From Acidimicrobiia bacterium (GTDB lineage Bacteria; Actinomycetota; Acidimicrobiia; IMCC26256; JACDBD01): a DNA stretch of 64,000 nt. The notes beneath the pieces were generated by a model. It did no database searches and was not told the DNA's origin. It saw only the letters and a program-made list of their open reading frames with translations. Shown piece by piece: positions 10,156 to 18,888 of this stretch. The stretch spans positions 25,667-89,666 of the forward strand of contig JBOGFI010000072.1 of the NCBI GenBank assembly GCA_050743365.1. Reading direction: 5' to 3'. A program made the translations under genes and the position numbers. Numbering within the stretch: position 1 is the first letter of the stretch; each line of letters opens with the position of its first letter.

Positions 10156-11354
10156 GCGCGTTGGCGATCGACGGGGGCGCGCCGGTCCGCAACGAGTTCA
10201 TGCCGTTCGGTGTGCCGTCGATCACCGACGACGAGATCAACGAGGTCGTGGACACACTCAAGTCCGGCTGGATCGGCACCGGGCACAAGGCGCAGCGCTT
10301 CGAACACGAATTCGCCAGGTACACGGGCGCAGATCATGCCGTTGCGGTGAGCTCGTGCACCGCCGCGCTGCACCTCGCGCTCCTTGCCCTGGACTGCGGG
10401 CCTGGCGACGAGGTAGTGACCAGCGACCTGACATTCGTTGCGACTACCAACGCGATCTTGCACTCGGGCGCGACGCCTGTCGTGGCCGACGTCGACGCGA
10501 CAACGTGGAACGTGACCGCGGAGACTCTCGCGGCAGCCTGTTCTCCGCGTACGAAGGCACTCCTACCGGTCCACTTCGGGGGGCTGGCGTGCGAGCTCGA
10601 CGCGATTTACGACTTCGCTGACGAGCACGGGATCGCGGTCGTCGAGGATTGTGCGCACGCGGTCGGCACCGAGCGACGTGGCCGGCGCCTTGGGAGCACG
10701 CCCGGCGTGTCGTGCTTCAGCTTCTACGCCAACAAGAACCTCACGACGTCCGAGGGCGGGATGCTCACCACCCCCGCCGAAGACCTGGCGGCGCGCATCG
10801 TGACGTGGAGGCTCCACGGACTCGACCAGGACGCGTGGCATCGCTTCCAGACGACGGAGCTGCTGCGTTCGTGGTGCACGTACCCAGGCTTCAAGTACAA
10901 CCTCACTGATCTCGCCGCGTCCCTCGGCATCCACCAGCTCGCGCGCCTCGACACGATGCTGGAACAGCGCGAGAGCCTCGCAACGCAGCTCGACCCGGTC
11001 GTCGACAGCCTCCCCGGTGCGAGCCGCCAACCGCGGCCCACCGACCGTTCCGAGGGTCGCCACGGCTTGCACCTTTACGCGATCACGATCGATCCTTCCG
11101 CGTTCACCGTCGACCGCGACCACGTCGTGCAGGCACTCCGCGCCGAGAATATCGGGGCAGCAATCCATTACGAGCCCGTGCATCGACACCCGTACTACGA
11201 GCAACTCCTCGGGGTCGGGGACGCCGACCGTCCCGTCGCGTCGGCGGTCGGTAGCACGATCCTGTCGCTACCGCTGACTCCTGCGATGAGCCCCGCCGAT
11301 CTCGACGACGTGGCGAACGCGCTCGAGCGCGTCCTCGTGCACTACCGGCGATGA
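10152..11354 (+). CDS. DegT/DnrJ/EryC1/StrS family sugar aminotransferase
   Basis: The N-terminal region is AIDGGAPVRNEFMPFGVPSITDDEINEVVDTLKSGWIGTG, and the PLP-lysine region is FSFYANKNLTTSEGG. The TTG start overlaps the upstream stop (TTGA at 10152-10155). An alternative TTG start is at 10128. Confidence 0.9.
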   Translation: MSALAIDGGAPVRNEFMPFGVPSITDDEINEVVDTLKSGWIGTGHKAQRFEHEFARYTGADHAVAVSSCTAALHLALLALDCGPGDEVVTSDLTFVATTNAILHSGATPVVADVDATTWNVTAETLAAACSPRTKALLPVHFGGLACELDAIYDFADEHGIAVVEDCAHAVGTERRGRRLGSTPGVSCFSFYANKNLTTSEGGMLTTPAEDLAARIVTWRLHGLDQDAWHRFQTTELLRSWCTYPGFKYNLTDLAASLGIHQLARLDTMLEQRESLATQLDPVVDSLPGASRQPRPTDRSEGRHGLHLYAITIDPSAFTVDRDHVVQALRAENIGAAIHYEPVHRHPYYEQLLGVGDADRPVASAVGSTILSLPLTPAMSPADLDDVANALERVLVHYRR

Positions 11355-12823
11355 CCGACGCCGGCGTGGATCCCAACCCGGAGGTCGTTTCGTCGAGCCT
11401 GCGTTGGAGCGGCGCGACGGTCGTTGTGGCGCGCTTCCTGATCCTCGCGCGAGGCCTCCTGCTCGCGCGCCTCGTCGGCCCGCAGGCGTTCGGCATCGTC
11501 GCGGGCGTCGTTGCGTTCACGACGATCTGCACGACCGTGGCCGAGGTCGGACTCGGGAGCTACCTCACCCATCGAGGGCACAAGGCTCGGACCGACGCGC
11601 CGCGCGTCACGCGACTCGGGATCGTTACCGGCGTTCTTGGCACCGTGACGCTCGCGGCCCTCGCGGTGCCGATCGGGCGCCTCTACGACGGCGACAGCTC
11701 ATCCGTCGTCGCGCTCGCGCTCGCACCGACGGTCTTGGCCGGCGTCGTCGTCCTCGTCGTTAGCGGGCTCCTGCGCGCCGAGTTCCGGTTCCGAGTCCTC
11801 GCGGTCGCCGAGATCGGAGCGGCCGCCACCGGCCTCGTCGTCGGGGTCGGGCTCGCGGTCACAGGGGCCGACACGTGGGCCCTCGTCGCCGCCGTGCTCG
11901 CGAGCCAGGTCATCCAGCTCGGCGTCGTGGTGGGTGCGGCCGAGCTCGCATTGCACCGGCGCCCAGCAGCCGGCGTCGAGCTCCGCCCGGCAGTGCGATT
12001 CGGCTGGAAGGTGGCGGCCGGCGGAGCTGTCTGGACGGTGGCTCTTCAGGCGGACAACGCGATCGTCGGTGGCGTGCTCGGTGCCTCCGCGCTCGGCCTC
12101 TACGCGTTTGCGTACACGTATGGCACGCTCCCCGGCTTGCTCGTGGGATCGTCGGTCGGCCAGGTCGCTTTCCCTGTGTTCGCGCACCGCCGCGACCAGG
12201 GCACGACGCCGGATCGCGACTTTCGCGAGTTCGTTCGGCTTACCGCGACGCTGATCCTTCCGCTCACCGCGATTGGTGTCGCCCTCACCCGTCCCGCCGT
12301 GGAGCTCGTGCTTGGAGACGCGTGGCGTGGCGCGATCGAACCACTGCGGTGGCTCCTCGTGGTCGGCGCGCTCCGCGGCCTGTTCCCGACCGACGAGCTC
12401 CTCCGATCCGTCGGACGCACCGACGTCGAACTACGCATCGGCCTCGTCGCCGCTCCGGCGGTCGTCGTCGCCGCCCTCGTCGGCACGATCTGGAGCATCG
12501 AGGCGGTCGCGCTCGGCATCCTCGTCGTGCTCGCGGGCTGCGGCACTGCCAACGTGCTCGTGGCGACACGGCTGAGCGGGGTGCACTCAACTCCCGTGCT
12601 CCTCGACACCTTGCGGCCGGCGCTCCTGGCCGCGCTCGCCGGAGCAGCAGCGGCGGCAACTGCCCACGCGATCGGCGGCCCGGATGCCATCGTGCTCGTC
12701 GCGGCTGGCACCGTCGGTATCCTCATCTACCTCGTCGCGGTCCGTGTGTTCGCTCGGCCCTCCTGGGAGGCTCTGATGACTCTCGTCACGCACCGCCACC
12801 TCACGACGGCGGAGCCTGCGTGA
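11351..12823 (+). CDS. Polysaccharide flippase (MOP/Wzx-like), polytopic membrane protein
   Basis: It is a 490-aa hydrophobic protein with many predicted TM segments. It has an ATGA overlap with the aminotransferase gene and lies between sugar-modification and GT genes. Confidence 0.8.
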   Translation: MTDAGVDPNPEVVSSSLRWSGATVVVARFLILARGLLLARLVGPQAFGIVAGVVAFTTICTTVAEVGLGSYLTHRGHKARTDAPRVTRLGIVTGVLGTVTLAALAVPIGRLYDGDSSSVVALALAPTVLAGVVVLVVSGLLRAEFRFRVLAVAEIGAAATGLVVGVGLAVTGADTWALVAAVLASQVIQLGVVVGAAELALHRRPAAGVELRPAVRFGWKVAAGGAVWTVALQADNAIVGGVLGASALGLYAFAYTYGTLPGLLVGSSVGQVAFPVFAHRRDQGTTPDRDFREFVRLTATLILPLTAIGVALTRPAVELVLGDAWRGAIEPLRWLLVVGALRGLFPTDELLRSVGRTDVELRIGLVAAPAVVVAALVGTIWSIEAVALGILVVLAGCGTANVLVATRLSGVHSTPVLLDTLRPALLAALAGAAAAATAHAIGGPDAIVLVAAGTVGILIYLVAVRVFARPSWEALMTLVTHRHLTTAEPA

Positions 12824-13764
12824 GCGAGCGCGTCAGCATCGTCATCGTCAACTGGAACGGGGCCGAGGACCTCGAGGTGGCGCTCCCGTCATTGAGAGCG
12901 CAGTCGTATCCCGATCTCGAGATCGTCGTCGCGGACAACGGAAGCATCGACGATTCCGAGCAGGTCGCCCGCGCGCACGAGGTCGTTTGGCATCCGTTGG
13001 GGGAGAACCGCGGCCTCGCTCCCGCGCTCAACGAGGGCGCCCGCCGCGCGCGCGGTGACGTGTTGCTGTTCCTCAACAACGACATGCGCTTCGCGCCAGA
13101 CTACGTCGAGCGCGCCGTGGAGGTCCTCCTCTCGGATCGGGACATTGCGGCGGTCGGCACCTGCCAGCTCGACTGGGACGGCAACGTCGGCGTCCACGAG
13201 CGCACTCGGCTCCGACCCGCGCGTTGGCCGCGTGGTGACGTTCCCGGTTGGGAGTTCGCCCAGGAACCGGCGTCAGCGCCCTGCGACTGCCTCTTCGCGT
13301 CCGCCGCCGACCTTCTCATCCGCCGAGTCGACTTCGAAGCGCTCGGAGGCTGGGACGATGCCTTCACGCTGAGCTGGGAGGACGTGGACCTCTGCTGGCG
13401 GATCTGGGCAGCTGGACACCGCGTCGTCCACATCCCGGATGCCATTTGCTGGCACCGCGTTGCCGCTGCCAGCACCGCGACCGACGATGGCTCTGACGCG
13501 CGCCTGCACGGGACGCTCTACGGCCGCTTGCGATTCGCCTGGAAGCACTTGCCTGCGGCGTCCCTGGTCGTGCTGCACCTGCTGCTCATCGCGGGGATCG
13601 TCACTGACATGGTGCGTAGCCGATCCGTGGAGCGTCGCGCTCGGACACACGTGCTGGGTCGAGTCATGCGCGAGCTTCCCAAGCTTGTGCGCGTCCGCCG
13701 CGAGCACGCCCGACCAGCTGGCCGGAGCCGCCGCGCCTTCCTGCGTCGGCTCGGGGCCATCTGA
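12820..13764 (+). CDS. Glycosyltransferase family 2
   Basis: GTGA overlap at 12820-12823. The N-terminus is VSIVIVNWNGAEDLEVALPSLRAQSYPDLEIVVADNGSIDDS, and a DxD-like LNNDM motif is present. Confidence 0.85.
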   Translation: MSERVSIVIVNWNGAEDLEVALPSLRAQSYPDLEIVVADNGSIDDSEQVARAHEVVWHPLGENRGLAPALNEGARRARGDVLLFLNNDMRFAPDYVERAVEVLLSDRDIAAVGTCQLDWDGNVGVHERTRLRPARWPRGDVPGWEFAQEPASAPCDCLFASAADLLIRRVDFEALGGWDDAFTLSWEDVDLCWRIWAAGHRVVHIPDAICWHRVAAASTATDDGSDARLHGTLYGRLRFAWKHLPAASLVVLHLLLIAGIVTDMVRSRSVERRARTHVLGRVMRELPKLVRVRREHARPAGRSRRAFLRRLGAI

Positions 13765-13775
13765 CAACCGACGCG

Positions 13776-14885
13776 ATGCGCGTCCTCGTCAACGCCACGA
13801 GATCGGAGGCTGACCGCATCGGCGGCGACTTCACGTTCGTGCGGACGGTGCTCGACCTCGACGCCGCCGGGCTCGACATCGTCCCGGTGCCCGAGTCCAC
13901 CGAGCGCTCGGTCAGCGAGCGCGTCGCGCGGCTCGCGTGGCGCGCCTCGACGAGCTGTCTCCCACGCGCGCTACGCCGATCAGCGTTTCGCGCGGCGCGA
14001 CGGCTCCCGATCTCACGTGCCGCGCTCGACGTGACCGCGCCCGACGTGGTGTTCTCCCACCTCTCCTTCCCACGATTGCCGCGTGACGCGAACGTGCCGA
14101 TCGTCTGGAGCTCACAGGGGATCTCGCCGGCGCGCTACTACCGGATCACCAGCGGCGGTCGTTTGCGCCTCGCCGACGTAGTCCAGCTCTACCGCACGCT
14201 TGGACCGCGTGCATCCGCGCTGCTCGTCTGGACCGAGACCGAGGCGCGCTTGTTGTGCGAGCTCGTGCCGACGCTCGCAAACCGAGTCACCGTCGTGCAC
14301 CCGCCGGTCGACATCGCCGACGAGCCGATCGACAAGCCTTCCCGCCAGAACGGCACGGTCAGACTCCTCTTCGTCGGTACGCGTGCAATCGCCAAGGGAC
14401 TCCCCGAGGCTGTCGAGGCGTTCCAGCTCCTTCGTGGTCGTCATGCTCGCGTCGAGATGGACGTCGTCACGCGTGCGCCCGGTTGGCTCTCCCCCACGCT
14501 TCACGAGACCACCGGTCTGACGACGAACGAGATCGCCCCCGGCCTCGCGGTGCAGCTCATGCGAAACGCCGACGTGCTCGTCTTCCCGAGCTATGACGAC
14601 ACCTACGGGCTCGTCGCGGCCGAGGCCATGGCCAATGGCTGCGCAGTCGTCGCATTCGACGCCGAGCCCCTGCCAGAGGTCGTTCCCGATGGCGAAGCGG
14701 GCCTGATCGTACGAACCGGCGGGACCGATGCACTTGCCGACGCGCTCGACCGACTCGTCTCCGACGAGGCGCTGCTCCGGCGACTTCAAGCAGGCGCGTG
14801 GCGGCGATGCCGGCAACGTAACCATCCCCGCGCGTTCGGCGAGCAGTTCACGGCGATCCTCGAGCAAGCGGTGGCGCAGCAGTGA
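13776..14885 (+). CDS. Glycosyltransferase family 4
   Basis: The C-terminal region FPSYDDTYGLVAAEAMANGCAVVAFDAEPLPEVVPDGEAGLIV is a GT-B signature. Confidence 0.75.
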   Translation: MRVLVNATRSEADRIGGDFTFVRTVLDLDAAGLDIVPVPESTERSVSERVARLAWRASTSCLPRALRRSAFRAARRLPISRAALDVTAPDVVFSHLSFPRLPRDANVPIVWSSQGISPARYYRITSGGRLRLADVVQLYRTLGPRASALLVWTETEARLLCELVPTLANRVTVVHPPVDIADEPIDKPSRQNGTVRLLFVGTRAIAKGLPEAVEAFQLLRGRHARVEMDVVTRAPGWLSPTLHETTGLTTNEIAPGLAVQLMRNADVLVFPSYDDTYGLVAAEAMANGCAVVAFDAEPLPEVVPDGEAGLIVRTGGTDALADALDRLVSDEALLRRLQAGAWRRCRQRNHPRAFGEQFTAILEQAVAQQ

Positions 14886-17074
14886 GCTCCCAGGCGCCCG
14901 GTACGCTTCGCCGGGTGAGCGTCGAGGCCGTCACCGCTGCGCCGGCGCAGCCACGGATCTCGGTCGTGATCCCCACCTGGAAACGGGCGGCATGGTTGGA
15001 TCGGTGCATCCGGGCGGTCGCGGAGCAGGATCCTCCACCCGCCGAGATCATCGTGGTCGGCCGGGCGGAGGACATGCAGGCGCGCGAGGTCGCTGGTCGT
15101 CTCGACGTCGAGTTCACGGTCCCGGTTTGCTGGATCGAGGTCGACAGACCCGGTCACGTCGCCCCGGTCGAGCGCGGCGTCGAGGTCGCGCGTTTCGAGC
15201 TCGTTGCGTTGATCGACGACGATGCCGTGCCCCAGCCGGGCTGGCTGCGAGCGATCGTCGCTCCCTTCGACGATCCGAGCGTCGGATGCGTCGGCGGTCG
15301 CGTCGTCGTGCCCGACGGCATTCGACCCGCCGACGAGCGTCTGGTCGTGCGCGAAGACGCCGGGACGCTGCGTTGGTACGGCAAGCTCGTCGGCAATCTC
15401 GGCGAGCTCGACCACGCCGGGGTCAGCGAGCGAGACACGGTCGTCGAGTGCAACTGGGTGTGGCGACGAAGCCTGCTCGCGGCCCTCGAGGTCGATCCCA
15501 TCGTGGACCACGACGAAGCGGCCTTCTACGGACTCGACCTCACGCTCCAGGCTCGTGCCCTCGGGTTCCGTACCCTGTACGAACCGCGTGCGCGCGTCGA
15601 CCACTACCTCGCACCGCGTGACGAGCAGCTGGTCCGTGAGGACCGTCGAGCGCGAGCACGCGCGGCGTCGCGCAACTTCACGTATCTCGCGCTCAAGCAT
15701 TTCGGTGCACTGCGCAAGGCGGCCTTCCTCTGCTGGTCGTTCCTGATTGGAGCACGCCGCCAGCCGGGGCTCGCGGCAAGCGCACTCGTGCTCGCGGAGC
15801 GTCCGGGTGCCTGGCGCGAGATCCGCGCCGCTTGGCAGGGGAAGCTGGAGGGCCTCACGGCGGCGCTCTCGACTCGACGACCGGATCTGCTGGTGTCGAG
15901 GGGGTCGACGACGAAACCGCGGATCGTCGTGTTCGACGCGTTCCCGACCCAGTTCTTCGGGCCTTACTACCGCTGGCTCACGGCATCCGAGCGCGTCGAC
16001 CTGACCGTCGTGTACTGGGAGACGGCGGAAACGGAGCACGTGATCGACCCGGAGCTCGGCCGAGCGCCGGTATTCGACATCCCAATCACCGGTGGATACC
16101 GCGACTACGTCATGCGTCGCGGGCCACGCGGCGTGCTCGACTGTTGGCGATGGACACGTCAGGCACGTGACGCCGACGCCGTGCTGCTCTCGGGCTGGGC
16201 GCGACCACGCGAGCTCACCCTCCTCGCGTTCGGCCACCTGCGTGGCCTCCCGATGCTCGTCACCAGCGACGTGACGCCGCTCTACGACGACTCCGCACGA
16301 CGACCGTCGCTCCGGCGGCGGGCACTCCGACGTCTCGTCCGCACCATCCCCGGGTTCATGGCCACCGGATCGCTGGCGCGCGAGCACTTGACGAGCCTCG
16401 GCGTTCCCGAGGACCGCATCTTCTTTCGCCCGTATGCGCCTGACAACGCCGCCTTCGCGGCCGCGACGGCGGCAGAACGCGCTGCGCGGGCCGCGCGGCG
16501 CGCCGCACTCCGCATCGCGTCCGATGCCCGGGTCGTGTTGGCGATCGCCAAGCTGGTCGAGCGAGAGGGTGTCGACGAGCTCATCGACGCGCTTGCGGCC
16601 GTTCGAACGCCTGGTCTCGTCTGCGTCGTCGTCGGCGACGGTCCGATGCAAGAGCGGCTCGAGCGCACCGTCGAACGCGACGGCACGAAGGTGCTGTTCG
16701 TCGGCTACCAGCCGTACTCGGTACTGCCGCGCTTCTACGCGCTCGCCGATCTGTTTGTCCACCCAGCCCGGCGTGAGTCGTGGGGCGTCTCGGTGAACGA
16801 GGCGATGGCGAGCGGCGTTCCGGTCGTCGTCTCGAACATGGTCGGCTCCGGCTACGACCTCGTGCGCGAAGGGGTCACCGGCTCGACCTACCCGTCAGGC
16901 GATTCGAAGGCACTGGGAGCCGCGATCGACGACTTCTTCGGCAAGTCCGACACGGAACGTGCGGCGATGGCGGCTGCTGCGCAAGAGTGGGTCGACGGGT
17001 GGAGCTTCGCTCGCGCTGCCGACGAGCTCGATCGCGCGGTCGACTTCCTCTACTCCGCGCGATCGACACGATGA
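14882..17074 (+). CDS. Two-domain glycosyltransferase (N-terminal GT2 fused to C-terminal GT4)
   Basis: GTGA overlap at 14882. The N-terminal part has ISVVIPTWKRAAWLDRCIRAV...LIDDDAVP (GT2). The C-terminal part has VVVGDGPMQERL...FVHPARRESWGVSVNEAMASGVPVVVSNMVGSGYDLVREGVTG (GT4). Confidence 0.75.
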   Translation: MSSQAPGTLRRVSVEAVTAAPAQPRISVVIPTWKRAAWLDRCIRAVAEQDPPPAEIIVVGRAEDMQAREVAGRLDVEFTVPVCWIEVDRPGHVAPVERGVEVARFELVALIDDDAVPQPGWLRAIVAPFDDPSVGCVGGRVVVPDGIRPADERLVVREDAGTLRWYGKLVGNLGELDHAGVSERDTVVECNWVWRRSLLAALEVDPIVDHDEAAFYGLDLTLQARALGFRTLYEPRARVDHYLAPRDEQLVREDRRARARAASRNFTYLALKHFGALRKAAFLCWSFLIGARRQPGLAASALVLAERPGAWREIRAAWQGKLEGLTAALSTRRPDLLVSRGSTTKPRIVVFDAFPTQFFGPYYRWLTASERVDLTVVYWETAETEHVIDPELGRAPVFDIPITGGYRDYVMRRGPRGVLDCWRWTRQARDADAVLLSGWARPRELTLLAFGHLRGLPMLVTSDVTPLYDDSARRPSLRRRALRRLVRTIPGFMATGSLAREHLTSLGVPEDRIFFRPYAPDNAAFAAATAAERAARAARRAALRIASDARVVLAIAKLVEREGVDELIDALAAVRTPGLVCVVVGDGPMQERLERTVERDGTKVLFVGYQPYSVLPRFYALADLFVHPARRESWGVSVNEAMASGVPVVVSNMVGSGYDLVREGVTGSTYPSGDSKALGAAIDDFFGKSDTERAAMAAAAQEWVDGWSFARAADELDRAVDFLYSARSTR

Positions 17075-18642
17075 CCACAGTAACGCATGCAGCACGCCGA
17101 GCTCGCACGGTTCTGGGGCCGTCCGCGATACTCGTGGCGCTCTGCGGCGCCGTGATCGGCGCCGCCGTGTCGAACTCGGCGCTCGATGCGCGATTGCGTG
17201 TGATCGTTCAGCTGCTCGCCGGCGCCATAGTGCTCGCGCTCGTCGTCCCGCTCATCCTCGGACGCTGGCGCGTGCTGCTCGGCTCCCTCTTCGCATGGCT
17301 CGTCGTCGAGGATCTCCTCCGAAAGCTCGCCGGCAACGACCTTCGCCTCTACTTCGTCAAGGACGTGATCTACCTGCTCGTGTTGATCGGGCTCGCGACC
17401 GATCCCGGCGTGCGCAGCACGTGGACGAGGGCGACCGGCCGTACCCGCTGGGCCCTGTACGCGCTGATCGGTTGGGGCCTCGCGCTCTCGGTCGCGTCGT
17501 TCTTCGAGAACCCGGTCCTGCCCGCAGTCGGCATGCGCCTCCACTTCTTGTACGTCCCGCTTGTTGTCGCCGGATTCCTCATGGCACGTGACTCGGCGCG
17601 CGTACGACGCTGGCTCGTCGGGCTCGCGACGCTCGCCGCCGCCGCGTCGATCGTCGGAATCATCCAGGCGGTCGTCGGCCCCGACTTCCTGTCACCGGGC
17701 CAGCCGACCGACCTTCAGCACCTCGAGCTCACCCGGCGGACGCTCAGTGGTCGCGAGCTCTTCCAGCCTTCGGGTCCATTCGCGGATCCCGGTCGCCTCA
17801 TCGCCGCGTCCGTGGTCGGCGTCACGGTCGCGTTCGCTGCCTTCGTCGGCTGGCGCAAGCAAGCCCGCGGTCCGATCTTGCTCGGCATCGTCTGCGCCGC
17901 GGGGACGTGGGCAGCGAGCGGGAAGGCAGGCGTGATCCTGGTCGGCACGCTCGCGCTCGCGACGATCGTGAGCCTCCGTTTCGGGTCTCGTGAGCGTCGC
18001 GTCAGGTGGGCCATGGGCACCGCAACCGTGTTGATCGTGGCGCTCGTCGCTCTGGCCGCCGCGTTCCCCGGTCTCTTCCGTGATCGCGTCGAGTACTTCG
18101 CGCAGACGCTCAGCCCGACCTCCCCCGTGAACGAATGGAGCGACCGATTCGACGCGTGGGAGTCCGACATCGCTCGGGGTATTGCGATCGGCGGGCTCCT
18201 CGGCACGGGCACCGGCCAGGAGTCGCTTGGACGCCAGTACATCTTCGGTGACGAGACCGATGAGCGCCGCCTTTCGCAAGTCGAAGGCGGTTACGCGTCG
18301 CTAGCGGTCGAATGGGGCCTTATCGGCATCGGGCTCTGGCTCGTTTGGAGCATCTCCTGGACACGTCGCCTGTGGCGATCGGGCAAGCGACTCCGGGGCA
18401 GCTCCCTCGCGTCGGCCACTTTCGTGCTTTTCGCCTGGGCGGTCATGGTGCTCTTCGTACGGTTCATGACAGGGCTGAGCTCGTGGCAGGACTACCTCCC
18501 GAACGCCTACTTCTGGTTCCTGTCGGGCGTGGTGTTCGGGCTCGCGAGCTGGTCGGGGACGCAGGCCGATGCGCAGATGGCCCGCGCGGAGCCGTCCGCT
18601 CGGATCGGCACCGCGTACCATCCGGATCCTGTCGTGAGGTAG
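17071..18642 (+). CDS. O-antigen polymerase/ligase-like (Wzy-type) polytopic membrane protein
   Basis: ATGA overlap at 17071-17074; the track ORF 16780.. is over-extended. It encodes about 523 aa with many TM segments and one larger loop. It is the last gene of the + operon. Confidence 0.7.
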   Translation: MTTVTHAARRARTVLGPSAILVALCGAVIGAAVSNSALDARLRVIVQLLAGAIVLALVVPLILGRWRVLLGSLFAWLVVEDLLRKLAGNDLRLYFVKDVIYLLVLIGLATDPGVRSTWTRATGRTRWALYALIGWGLALSVASFFENPVLPAVGMRLHFLYVPLVVAGFLMARDSARVRRWLVGLATLAAAASIVGIIQAVVGPDFLSPGQPTDLQHLELTRRTLSGRELFQPSGPFADPGRLIAASVVGVTVAFAAFVGWRKQARGPILLGIVCAAGTWAASGKAGVILVGTLALATIVSLRFGSRERRVRWAMGTATVLIVALVALAAAFPGLFRDRVEYFAQTLSPTSPVNEWSDRFDAWESDIARGIAIGGLLGTGTGQESLGRQYIFGDETDERRLSQVEGGYASLAVEWGLIGIGLWLVWSISWTRRLWRSGKRLRGSSLASATFVLFAWAVMVLFVRFMTGLSSWQDYLPNAYFWFLSGVVFGLASWSGTQADAQMARAEPSARIGTAYHPDPVVR

Positions 18643-18708
18643 GTGAGGTCGCAGACGTGATCGCCGGACCAGACCGAAACTGCACCGACGACCTCAGGGC
18701 GCGGTTCG

Positions 18709-18870
18709 TCATCGAAGGCCCGCCTCGGCGTTGGTCGCCTCGATCCGCGTGGGGTCGAGGGCCTTGCTCTGGATCACCTGAACGAAGCCGGCTTCGTTCG
18801 ACGGCTCCACCTGCACGTCGACGTCAGTGCTGTCGACGAAGCTGACCGGGCCGTCGAGGTACTTTTCCAT
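18709..18870 (-). CDS. Small acidic hypothetical protein (53 aa), below the track length cutoff
   Basis: Own translation: MEKYLDGPVSFVDSTDVDVQVEPSNEAGFVQVIQSKALDPTRIEATNAEAGLR. 47 of 53 codons end in G or C, which looks like coding sequence for this genome. The ATG lies 18 nt after the stop of the Wzc-like gene on the same strand. Confidence 0.35.
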   Translation of the reverse strand: MEKYLDGPVSFVDSTDVDVQVEPSNEAGFVQVIQSKALDPTRIEATNAEAGLR

Positions 18871-18888
18871 CACTGACCACCACGCGCC

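Noticed and set aside
14786-16762. 658-aa minus-strand ORF, one of the longest in the track
   Set aside because: It lies antisense to the GT2-GT4 gene, which has clear domain motifs. Its translation is low-complexity and R/G/E/P-rich with no recognisable motif. This is a typical shadow ORF of a high-GC genome.
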